From contig NC_017039.1 of NCBI RefSeq assembly GCF_000284455.1, forward strand, positions 1,950,001 to 1,982,000: a stretch of DNA of 32,000 bases, written 5' to 3'. Numbering within the stretch: position 1 is the stretch's first letter; every line of letters begins with the position of its first letter. A program made the translations under genes and the position numbers. This document shows, one piece after another, positions 10,108 through 18,495 of the stretch. This DNA comes from Synechocystis sp. PCC 6803 substr. PCC-P. Its GTDB lineage: Bacteria > Cyanobacteriota > Cyanobacteriia > Cyanobacteriales > Microcystaceae. Below the pieces are notes generated by a model that was given only the letters and a program-made list of their open reading frames with translations, made no database searches and was not told the origin of the DNA.

Positions 10108-10652
10108 GGGCGATGGATGGTGAGGGATACGGACAAAAATCCTGCTACCCTAATTCTAGATTAACTTTTTACTATTCCTGGGCAAAAATTTTAAAGTTTG
10201 TTCCATCTTGGTATCAAGACTTTGGCTGACCAAATTTAACTCTCAGCCGATGGGTAAAGCTTTATTAGATAGTAGATAGTGTGCCGACGGAGGGAGAATT
10301 CAAGCGACGTTCAAGTGTGATTGAGACCATACTGACGAATAAGTTCCAGGATTTGGCCACGGAGAGGATTATGTAGTTACTGGATTTGAAACAAACCGAT
10401 ATTAACCAGTTTCTTTTCTATTAGGAGATTAAGCGGAAGGGTCTTCAAGAGGGGGAGCCCGCATTAATGGCTTCTTCGGTTGGCGCGGACGAAATTGTCG
10501 ATTTTGCGGAGGTGGAAAAGTTTCTCGATACGCAGATAAAATGCTCTTCATCGGGAATGTATGTCTGCTTAGCGTTTGCGGTGGTGGTCCATTTGGAGCT
10601 AGAGATTTTGTTAGAAATAACCCTGTAAAATAAGATTCAAGCACAAACATCC

Positions 10653-11096
10653 ATGGACAACATTAAAATCGATCAGCTGTATGAAAAAGACTATAGCCAA
10701 TGGGCAGAAACCATGGCCGATTTGCTCCAATCGGGTAAATTTACGGAACTTGATATTGAAAATTTGGTGGAAGAGGTACGGGATTTGTCGAAGCGAGAAA
10801 GGGATCGCCTTCTGAGTAGTCTGCGGTTGATTGTCCATCATTTGCTGAAGTGGGATTATCAGCCAAAACGGCGCTCTCGCAGTTGGCAAGGAACAATAGA
10901 GTAAGAAAGAGCAAATATCGATCTCTACTTGAAAGATAGTCCTAGCCTAAAACGCTATTTGATTAATGAATCCCTATCAAAAATTTATCCTGCCGCCCGG
11001 GCCGATGGATTTAAGGAAACGGGTTTGGCTCTGCCTGATACCTGTCCCTATGGCATTGATGAAGTGTTGCATCGTGTGGTTTCCCTGGGTGATTAA
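10653..11096 (+). pseudogene. DUF29-family gene interrupted by one in-frame stop
   Basis: 'MDNIKIDQLYEKDYSQWAETMADLLQSGKFTELDIENLVEEVRDLSKRERDRLLSSLRLIVHHLLKWDYQP...SWQGTIE', TAA at 10902-10904, then in the same frame 'ERANIDLYLKDSPSLKRYLINESLSKIYPAARADGFKETGLALPDTCPYGIDEVLHRVVSLGD*'. Confidence 0.85.
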
Positions 11097-11197
11097 TCAT
11101 CAATTGTGTCGGTCCGGGGTAACGGTTTGTTACGGGTGTTAAGGGTTGGGAGTTTGTTGAGTAAGCTAATGAATGTCGGTTCTCAATTGGGATTCCT

Positions 11198-11340
11198 ATG
11201 TCGGACGTGATGATCCGGGGGTCAAATTTAGGCAAAAAGTACATGATTGGCCACCAAGCAGAAGGACGGTCTAATTATGTGGCGCTGCGAGATGTACTGA
11301 CAGATGGAGCCAGGTCCCTGGTAAAGCGGTTTACGGTTGA
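11198..11340 (+). pseudogene. N-terminal remnant of a polysaccharide-type ABC transporter ATPase
   Basis: 'MSDVMIRGSNLGKKYMIGHQAEGRSNYVALRDVLTDGARSLVKR' resembles the start of Wzt-type ATPases; the Walker A region and everything after it are missing. Confidence 0.6.
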
Positions 11341-11352
11341 TAAAAATCGATC

Positions 11353-11573
11353 GCCTGCTTGGGGTCTATTCCAGTCCCGACAGAGATCCCCGTATGCACT
11401 CCGTCACCATTTCCCTGGTGGTTAAAGCGCAAGGTGATTTGCTCATTGGCGATCGCCAGGAAGTATCCGAGGTCAAAGCTTTTGCGGTGAAAGATTTACC
11501 GTTGGGAGCATTAAGTCACGACCACGATCAACAACTACAGGATTTTTTGCAGGGGGAAACAATCACTGCCTGA
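11353..11573 (+). pseudogene. C-terminal remnant of a Nudix hydrolase
   Basis: 'GVYSSPDRDPRMHSVTISLVVKAQGDLLIGDRQEVSEVKAFAVKDLPLGALSHDHDQQLQDFL' resembles the C-terminal half of ADP-ribose-type Nudix enzymes; no Nudix box is present. Confidence 0.6.
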
Positions 11574-11732
11574 TTCCCAGTACTTCATCTTGGGTAAACA
11601 TTCCGTATAAATCAGCTAAGTTTTCAATCAGATCTTCAATTTTTTTTCAAGAAGTATGGGTGATTTTCATAATGCAGTTCGTTTGATGTAATTCAAATGT
11701 TTTTCAATAGTTTTGCAAAAGTTGTCTTCTAT

Positions 11733-14513
11733 TTAAAAGATATCTGCCCCTAGTGCTTTTCGTTTCAAGACTAATACACGAGGTCTGGCTCCTTTCTCTA
11801 GAGTAAACCCAAGACCTGACCGATATATCTCCGGCATGTAGTAACGTGCAATGTCATCTTTACCTCTATCTTCATAAATCACACCTATATCTTCCAGCAT
11901 TCTAATGGTTGCTTGGTTGATAGATAACGCATCCAAAGTAAAAGGTGCACGTTTCTGCTCTGGTGTGTATTCTGTTTCTACAATGTCAACCCATTTTTTA
12001 AATTCGGGATACTCTTCTTTGACTTCGCTAACTTTATCTTTGCTGCAAGGCTCTATTGCTCGTCTAATTGCTTGAGGCGGCAGAAGACGGCTTTCAGACC
12101 AACGCTCAAATTGAACTTCTCCACTTCTATCGATAGTGATATGTGCAGCATGATAGAGGAGTCGAACAATGTCCCTCGCTTGTAAGCGCCCCTTGAAATC
12201 TGACAATGCTGCATAAATCCAATTCGCGGTATGCGCCTCTTTTCCAGTATCTTTTCCCAATTTTTTTCCCCATAAATTTTCTAAACTGGTAACCAGTTCT
12301 TCTCGACTCAAACTATCCAAGACTTCTTCGTTGGCACCAATCACAGAAGCTTGACTACAAACCCAATAAGCCAATCTTAAAAATGAGTCTGCATCCCAAG
12401 ATAAGTCGTAAGGACTATAAAGGCTTTCAAATTGTGCGAGGTTTTGTGTAACTGAGTATCTTAAAAAATCACGTCTCAGAAGAATGATTAAGCCAAAGTT
12501 AGCCTGTCTAATTTCATTTAGTCTCTTGGGCAAATTAATTAACGTTCTTAACGCAATTTGTTGCCCTGAATCTACTACAGCCTCTGCAAAAATATCCTCT
12601 AATCCATCAAACAAAAAAATAAGGCGAACATTTTTTTGCTTTAAATAATCGTTTAAGATTAGCAAACTTGAAGAATCATTATTCTGTAATAAACCAACCG
12701 ACTTAGATATTTGCTGAATCCAAAATCTTGTCCACTCTGGTTCACTGCTAGACTTTTCAAGAAAACTTTTGATGCTGTCCTGAAAATCTGAGTGATAAAA
12801 TTCAAGCATAGAATCAGACAAAGCTTTCTGAGTTGACGCCCTGGCCTCTCTGACAATATTTTCTGCCGCATCCCTCAATGTACTTGACTGAAGTAGGGGA
12901 AAGATGTGAGTCCTTGGTTCGATTTCAGCTAAGTCTCTTGTTGCACGCCTTAGAAATGTTTCCCAGTATTTTAATCTAGAAAGTTGAACATATATAAACG
13001 TTTTTCCAGCTCCCTTAGCTCCAATCGAAACTACACGAGGTAATTCATTACGAAAAGTCGTTGCTAAATTTTTCAAAGATTCAGTGACTAATAAACTTTC
13101 TCCTTCACCACTTTCTGCAAATTCATACTGTTTACACACCTTTCTAAAATTACGAACTGATTCTAGAGAATTGTCAATTGTGAGATCTGCACTTGAAATC
13201 TGAGGGTCTTCTGTTAATTGAGATGCAGCCCATTCCCTTGCAATTCTCATCACTGAAGTTGAAGCTAATTTATTTTTTGCTTCCTCCCAAGAATTAACAT
13301 AAAGTAACTCTTGAGTAAAGTCTGTTTCCTTAATTTCTAATCTTGCAGAATATAAATTTTCATCATCGGACTGATCACCAGGATTATAAGCAGAGTTGAA
13401 TTTTTCTAAAGAATTCTCAAAGGCAGAAAGCTTTTTTAATTCAGGAGTTAGAAAACTAATAATTATTGATGGATCATAAAATTTTCCACTACTAATCTCT
13501 TCTTCAGAGGGAGCAATATGACTAATTTGCTCTAAAACGAGGCTCATACCAGCAGTAGATTGTTCTGTAGCTGTCGTTACAAAGAAACGCTGAATTCTGG
13601 GGTCAAAAATGATAGGACTCGAAATTTCGCTTAAGCCTGCCCGCAAATCTATTAGAACATAATCTGCGGATAATGCTATTCCTAACTGATGAAGAGCATT
13701 TCCACAAGACCATTCACCTTCAGGACTTCGAGCCAAATGCTCGGGTAAGACTGGAGTATCTAAAAGTTGTTCATTACTCAAGCAAGCTGGCAAAAAATAA
13801 AAGGTTGATCCCTCTTCATATCTAGGAGTTTTCTTAATCTCTTCTGCTAATAGCACAATAGTTTCTTGACGATCAATAGGAGTGTAGTGATAAGCTTCCA
13901 AAAAGTCAATAAAGGAAATTGCAGGTCGTTGTTTTTCTGATTTATCCCAATAGGTTAATCCTGGGGCTTCTAAATCCGCATCTACTACTAAAACAGTGAT
14001 TCTTTTATTGTGTTCTTTAGATGCTTCTAAAAGAGCAAATAAGAAAGAGGCCAAATGTAACGTCCTACCAACACCTCCTTTGAAAGAATAAAATGCAATG
14101 ATCTTTGGCGATGATAAAGCAGTTTCTGGAAAATGAAATTTCGAAGTTAATTTAACTAAATCAATATTACTATCTGAATCACTGCTTATATATGCAATTT
14201 CCTGCCAGAAAGGACGAATAAAACCTGAAATATCAAATTGTGAAGGTTCATTTTCATAAAACTCAATAGGCAAAGCTGCATCGCCAAGATCTAAGCGAAT
14301 AAGATTCTGATCTAGCTGATACCAGTCTTGAAACCACTTAGTTAAAATTCCTTGAGCAGCCTCTATACAGTTCAAATTTGGAATCCCAATTTCTAGTGCA
14401 TCAGAAAAGCATGAAATCGAATTAATACAATCTGGCAGTTTTTCTCCATTGAAAGTAATTTTACGAATAAATCTTTTAACATCTAGCCAAGTCAAATATT
14501 TCAAAGATCTCAT
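11733..14513 (-). CDS. Large dual P-loop NTPase: ParA/MinD-like 'KGGVGR' domain plus a second AAA/STAND-like NTPase domain
   Basis: ORF track gives 11733..14552 (939 aa). The codon-14 ATG at 14513 overlaps the upstream stop (TAATG) and is the likelier start (926 aa). 'PKIIAFYSFKGGVGRTLHLASFLFALL' with 'ITVLVVDADLEAPGLTYWD'; second P-loop 'PRVVSIGAKGAGKTFIYVQLSRLKYW' and Walker B-like 'VRLIFLFDGLEDIF'. Confidence 0.85.
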   Translation of the reverse strand: MRSLKYLTWLDVKRFIRKITFNGEKLPDCINSISCFSDALEIGIPNLNCIEAAQGILTKWFQDWYQLDQNLIRLDLGDAALPIEFYENEPSQFDISGFIRPFWQEIAYISSDSDSNIDLVKLTSKFHFPETALSSPKIIAFYSFKGGVGRTLHLASFLFALLEASKEHNKRITVLVVDADLEAPGLTYWDKSEKQRPAISFIDFLEAYHYTPIDRQETIVLLAEEIKKTPRYEEGSTFYFLPACLSNEQLLDTPVLPEHLARSPEGEWSCGNALHQLGIALSADYVLIDLRAGLSEISSPIIFDPRIQRFFVTTATEQSTAGMSLVLEQISHIAPSEEEISSGKFYDPSIIISFLTPELKKLSAFENSLEKFNSAYNPGDQSDDENLYSARLEIKETDFTQELLYVNSWEEAKNKLASTSVMRIAREWAASQLTEDPQISSADLTIDNSLESVRNFRKVCKQYEFAESGEGESLLVTESLKNLATTFRNELPRVVSIGAKGAGKTFIYVQLSRLKYWETFLRRATRDLAEIEPRTHIFPLLQSSTLRDAAENIVREARASTQKALSDSMLEFYHSDFQDSIKSFLEKSSSEPEWTRFWIQQISKSVGLLQNNDSSSLLILNDYLKQKNVRLIFLFDGLEDIFAEAVVDSGQQIALRTLINLPKRLNEIRQANFGLIILLRRDFLRYSVTQNLAQFESLYSPYDLSWDADSFLRLAYWVCSQASVIGANEEVLDSLSREELVTSLENLWGKKLGKDTGKEAHTANWIYAALSDFKGRLQARDIVRLLYHAAHITIDRSGEVQFERWSESRLLPPQAIRRAIEPCSKDKVSEVKEEYPEFKKWVDIVETEYTPEQKRAPFTLDALSINQATIRMLEDIGVIYEDRGKDDIARYYMPEIYRSGLGFTLEKGARPRVLVLKRKALGADIF

Positions 14514-14977
14514 TACGAATTTAGCTCCTGTCGAATCCACTCTGATATACACATCAACTGCTTTTCCAGTTTATCGTCTTCTATTGTCCTCAATGAAGAA
14601 CTGCTATTGACAGTATCAATCAAGCATCCGCCATATCGCCACGCCTGATTGATTTTTCCCGCATCTATCTTTCGCTCAATCTTTTTACCTTTGATTTGAA
14701 TGGGCTCCATTTGAAGAGATGCTGATAACTTTAGAGACGGTGCTGCACTTAAATAGTCTAGCAATTTATTAATATTGTGCTGTGCTTCTGTAATTTCATC
14801 ACAAAAGCTTGTGCAGGATGCAGATTGTCGTTTCATCAAAACTGCTTTGAGTCCACATTCTATTGAATAAAATAATAAAAGTCTATGGGCATTAGTGCGT
14901 GAACAATGAGTAGATGCCTGGAGATTGTTTCGCCATGCTTTCTGCATTTCTCTGTCTGTAAATGGTACGGAAGCCAT
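14513..14977 (-). CDS. Small HEPN-like helical protein, first gene of the operon with the KGGVGR NTPase
   Basis: 154 aa. 'NAHRLLLFYSIECGLKAVLMKR...TEAQHNINKLLDYL...GKINQAWRYGG' resembles HEPN-type four-helix proteins. Its TAA shares a base with the ATG of the next gene. Confidence 0.6.
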   Translation of the reverse strand: MASVPFTDREMQKAWRNNLQASTHCSRTNAHRLLLFYSIECGLKAVLMKRQSASCTSFCDEITEAQHNINKLLDYLSAAPSLKLSASLQMEPIQIKGKKIERKIDAGKINQAWRYGGCLIDTVNSSSSLRTIEDDKLEKQLMCISEWIRQELNS

Positions 14978-15037
14978 AATTTTAATTGATCACTTGTCTC
15001 TCGGTTAATAGAAGTCTTGTCGGATTTTTATTGAAAT

Positions 15038-15052
15038 TACTACGATGTAGTA
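15038..15052. promoter_or_regulatory. Short inverted repeat upstream of the HEPN-like gene, possible operator
   Basis: TACTAC-GAT-GTAGTA, 6-bp perfect arms, about 60 bp upstream of the ATG at 14977. Confidence 0.25.
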
Positions 15053-15173
15053 GTGGCGACTAAAGAGAACTTCAATCAACCAACTAACACCCTATAATAC
15101 GTAATAATTTGAAGCAGGACCCCGATGACTCAAGAACCCTGTACAATTTTGCCTTTCTTATTCATTTACTTAT

Positions 15174-18146
15174 TTACTGATCTGCCCCCTCAATTGGTGC
15201 AAATCCTTGCCGTTGAATATTCTCCGTTACATGGCGTGGTTCTAAGAACTGTAACAAATAATCTGGTCCACCCGCTTTGGAACCAACCCCAGACATTTTG
15301 AACCCCCCAAAAGGTTGGCGGGAAACGATCGCCCCGGTGATGGTGCGGTTGATGTAAAGATTGCCTACTTCAAACTCCGCCGCGGCACGATTAATGTGAT
15401 CTGGGGTACGGGAATAGAGACCCCCCGTTAAAGCGTAGTCGGTACCATTGGCAATTTCCAACGCTTCGTCAAAATTGGCCGCCCGAATAATGGTTACCAC
15501 TGGACCAAAAATTTCCTCCTGGGCAATGGTGGCATGGCGGTCAACATTTTTGAACACCGTGGGACCGACGAAATAGCCTTCACTAGGAGCATCACAGGCG
15601 ATCGCCAATTCACATTCCGCCTTACCCTGTTCGATGTATTCCTGAATGCGGGCTTGGGCCTTGGCATCAATTACCGGACCAACCTGGGTGCTGGGGTCAT
15701 CGGTGGGGCCCACATTGAGGGAACGGGTTGCCTCTACAAACCGCTCCACAAAGGCATCGTGTACGGGGGAAAGCACCACCACCCGGGAACAGGCAGAACA
15801 TTTTTGGCCCGTGTAACCAAAGGCGGAATACACTGCCCCGGCCACCGCTTGATCGAGATCCGCACTTTCATCAACGATGATGGCGTTTTTGCCGCCCATT
15901 TCTGCAATTACCCGTTTGAGGTGTTTTTGTCCTGGTTGTACCAAAGCGGCATCGGCGTAAATGCGACAGCCCACTTCCCTGGAGCCAGTGAAAGCAATCA
16001 AATGTACGTCGGGATGATTGACCATGTGGGAACCCACCACCGACCCCTTACCAGGTACATATTGGAAGACCCCAGGGGGAACCCCCGCTGCAATAAGAAT
16101 TTCCGCAATTTTAGCCGCAATTACCGTGGAAGTTTCCGCTGGTTTTAGTAACGTACAATTGCCCGTCACCAACGCCGCCACCGTCATACCAACGGCGATC
16201 GCCATGGGGAAATTCCAGGGGGAAATCACTAGGGCAATGCCCCGGGGTTGATAGAAATAACGGTTGGTTTCACCGGGAATATCGAGGTTAACGCCTTGGT
16301 CTAGCCGTTCCATTTCATCGGCATAGTAGCGACAAAAATCGATCGCCTCGGACACCTCCGCATCAGCTTGGGGAATAATTTTGCCCACTTCCAAACAAAT
16401 CCAGGCGTTTAACTCATGGCGACGCTCTTCCATAATGTCTGCCGCTTTGCGGAGAATGCCACACCGTTCCCGTACTGGAGTTTTTTTCCAAGCAGGAAAC
16501 GCAGCCTTGGCTATTTCCAGGGCATGGTCTGCCTGTTCAACACTGATTAACCCCACTTTCCCGATCGCCTGGGATGGACGACAGGGATTAACGGAATCAA
16601 TGTAGTTAGCCGTTTCCACGTACTCGCCGTTAATGTAGGGCAGATAGGTTTTGCCCAATTGTTGTTTAACCCTGGTTAGGGCTTGAAATGCTTGCTGGCG
16701 TAAATCAGCATCGGCGTAATCGGTGTCGGGAGCGTTGCCATAACCCTTGGTGGGTAGGTCATTAATGCCTTTAACTTGGGGCGGAGCAATTAATTCTTCA
16801 ATGGGCCGCTCTTCTAGGTTTTGGCGTAGAAAAGAACTGTTAGCAGTATTTTCCAATAAGCGTCGGATTAAATAAGCCATCCCCGGTAACAGCCGACCGT
16901 AGGGTGCATAGACCCGCACCCGATGACCCCGTTTAACAATGGCCCGGGCCAGGGGTTCTCCCATGCCGTAAAGAATCTGCATTTCATAACGACGTTTGGG
17001 AATATTCAACTCTTCGGCGATCGCACAGGCCAGGGCTTGGGAACGGACATTATGACTACCAATGGCGGCGTACAAATATTCGTGGTTTTCCAGTAATAGC
17101 CGAGTCATGCGCTCGTAGTTGGCATCGGTTTGGGCTTTTTCCACATAAACCGGAATTTGCCAATGATTCTGTTGGGCTTTGATGGTTTCTTGATCCCAAT
17201 AGGCTCCTTTCACCAAGCGCACAGTCACGGGATAACCCCGATGTTTAGCCCAGGGAATTAATGCTTCCAAATCTTCGGTCGAATCCCGCAGATAGGCCTG
17301 CATGGTAATGCCCACATCGGTGCGGGAGCGGAACTCTTCTTCCACTAACAATTCCTTGAGAATATTTAAAATCAGGTCTTTGTAGTGGTACTGCTCCATG
17401 TCAAAGTGAACAGCGACACCTAATTCTTGGGCTCGCCGCAACAATTCCCGAATCCGCTCACAAACCTTGGCTTTACTACCTGCGGGGTCCAGGGGATCAA
17501 ACTGGGAATAAAAAGCCGTTAACTTTACCGATACCTGCACCTGGGGCAATATTTCCCCGTCTGCCTGATCAATTTGGGGCACCTTCGACCAGGATTTGGC
17601 TTGCTGGGATAACTGGGCCATCAGGTCCAAATAATTTTGCCAATATTCCGCCGCCTCCGATTCCGTAATTACCGCTTCCCCCAGTAAATCAATGGTAAAG
17701 CCCATTTTTTCCTTGCGGAGCCGTTCCACTGTTTTGATCACCTGGGCGATCGTTTCCCCAGCAATGTATTTAAAAGCCAACTGTTCCGTCGCTTTACTCA
17801 CCGTTCCCGCTGCAATCTGGGCCGGCGTCGAGTGGGCATCGGCAAAATTCAACAATTTTTTCAGTGCTTCTGGTAATTCCACCTCCTCTTCGCTCATATA
17901 CTGCTGGAGATGGTTGGCAATCTCACTGTTACTCTGCAACGCTGGCAGACAGTCGATAAATTTGAACAATTGCACCCGCAATCCAGGATGACCCATGGTC
18001 CAATCCAGCAACTTGTCATCGAGCCGCAGATTATCGCCAATTTTGTCCCACAGCGATCTTTTCTCCCTGGTCTGGGCTAATAGTTCCTTGGCGATCGCCT
18101 GGGTGGCCTGTTCATACTGTTGTTGTGAATCGATTTGTGCAACCAT
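15174..18146 (-). CDS. putA: Bifunctional proline dehydrogenase / L-glutamate-gamma-semialdehyde dehydrogenase
   Basis: N-terminal PRODH motifs 'RGYPVTVRLVKGAYWDQE', 'YEMQILYGMGEPLARAIV'; C-terminal ALDH motifs 'LVISPWNFPMAIAVG', 'VIAEMGGKNAIIVDESADLDQAV', 'FGYTGQKCSACSRVVV'. Confidence 0.96.
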   Translation of the reverse strand: MVAQIDSQQQYEQATQAIAKELLAQTREKRSLWDKIGDNLRLDDKLLDWTMGHPGLRVQLFKFIDCLPALQSNSEIANHLQQYMSEEEVELPEALKKLLNFADAHSTPAQIAAGTVSKATEQLAFKYIAGETIAQVIKTVERLRKEKMGFTIDLLGEAVITESEAAEYWQNYLDLMAQLSQQAKSWSKVPQIDQADGEILPQVQVSVKLTAFYSQFDPLDPAGSKAKVCERIRELLRRAQELGVAVHFDMEQYHYKDLILNILKELLVEEEFRSRTDVGITMQAYLRDSTEDLEALIPWAKHRGYPVTVRLVKGAYWDQETIKAQQNHWQIPVYVEKAQTDANYERMTRLLLENHEYLYAAIGSHNVRSQALACAIAEELNIPKRRYEMQILYGMGEPLARAIVKRGHRVRVYAPYGRLLPGMAYLIRRLLENTANSSFLRQNLEERPIEELIAPPQVKGINDLPTKGYGNAPDTDYADADLRQQAFQALTRVKQQLGKTYLPYINGEYVETANYIDSVNPCRPSQAIGKVGLISVEQADHALEIAKAAFPAWKKTPVRERCGILRKAADIMEERRHELNAWICLEVGKIIPQADAEVSEAIDFCRYYADEMERLDQGVNLDIPGETNRYFYQPRGIALVISPWNFPMAIAVGMTVAALVTGNCTLLKPAETSTVIAAKIAEILIAAGVPPGVFQYVPGKGSVVGSHMVNHPDVHLIAFTGSREVGCRIYADAALVQPGQKHLKRVIAEMGGKNAIIVDESADLDQAVAGAVYSAFGYTGQKCSACSRVVVLSPVHDAFVERFVEATRSLNVGPTDDPSTQVGPVIDAKAQARIQEYIEQGKAECELAIACDAPSEGYFVGPTVFKNVDRHATIAQEEIFGPVVTIIRAANFDEALEIANGTDYALTGGLYSRTPDHINRAAAEFEVGNLYINRTITGAIVSRQPFGGFKMSGVGSKAGGPDYLLQFLEPRHVTENIQRQGFAPIEGADQ

Positions 18147-18495
18147 GGCTTATCTTCTGGGCGATCTGTTTGGTAAGGTATTCCCAACCCTTCATTGTAC
18201 ATTCAGAAAGTGATGCTCTGATTCTTCATCCTAATGAAATGGCAAAATTAGTCTCTCTCAAGAACAGCTAAATTTCCATAATGAAAATTGCCGAAAAAGT
18301 GAGCTTTTATACCTTAAATAAGAGTATGACGTGTGTAGAATGATTATAGATTTCTCAAAATGCCTGTCATAACTAATTTTCAGCCAAATCAACCGACAAT
18401 CCTTTGTTGACTAAGCTCAATTTTTGGGTGTGGCAAAAATTTTTGGATGCTACAAAAACAGTATTTGCCTCAACAAAAATTAGAAGGAAAGGATT

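Noticed and set aside
10429-10650. Minus-strand 73-aa ORF and a plus-strand frame 'GLQEGEPALMASSVGADEIVDFAEVEKFLDTQIK'
   Set aside because: No recognisable family, start or RBS; possibly another remnant, but not supportable as a feature.
11337-11573. Intact Nudix hydrolase gene
   Set aside because: Only the C-terminal half is encoded and the Nudix box is absent, so it is listed as a remnant.
11733-14513. Chromosome/plasmid partition ParA
   Set aside because: No ParB or parS-like partner, a KGGVGR rather than KGGxGK signature, a second NTPase domain and a HEPN-like partner.
15534-16148. 204-aa plus-strand ORF opposite putA
   Set aside because: Antisense to the conserved ALDH domain of putA; composition is that expected of a shadow frame.
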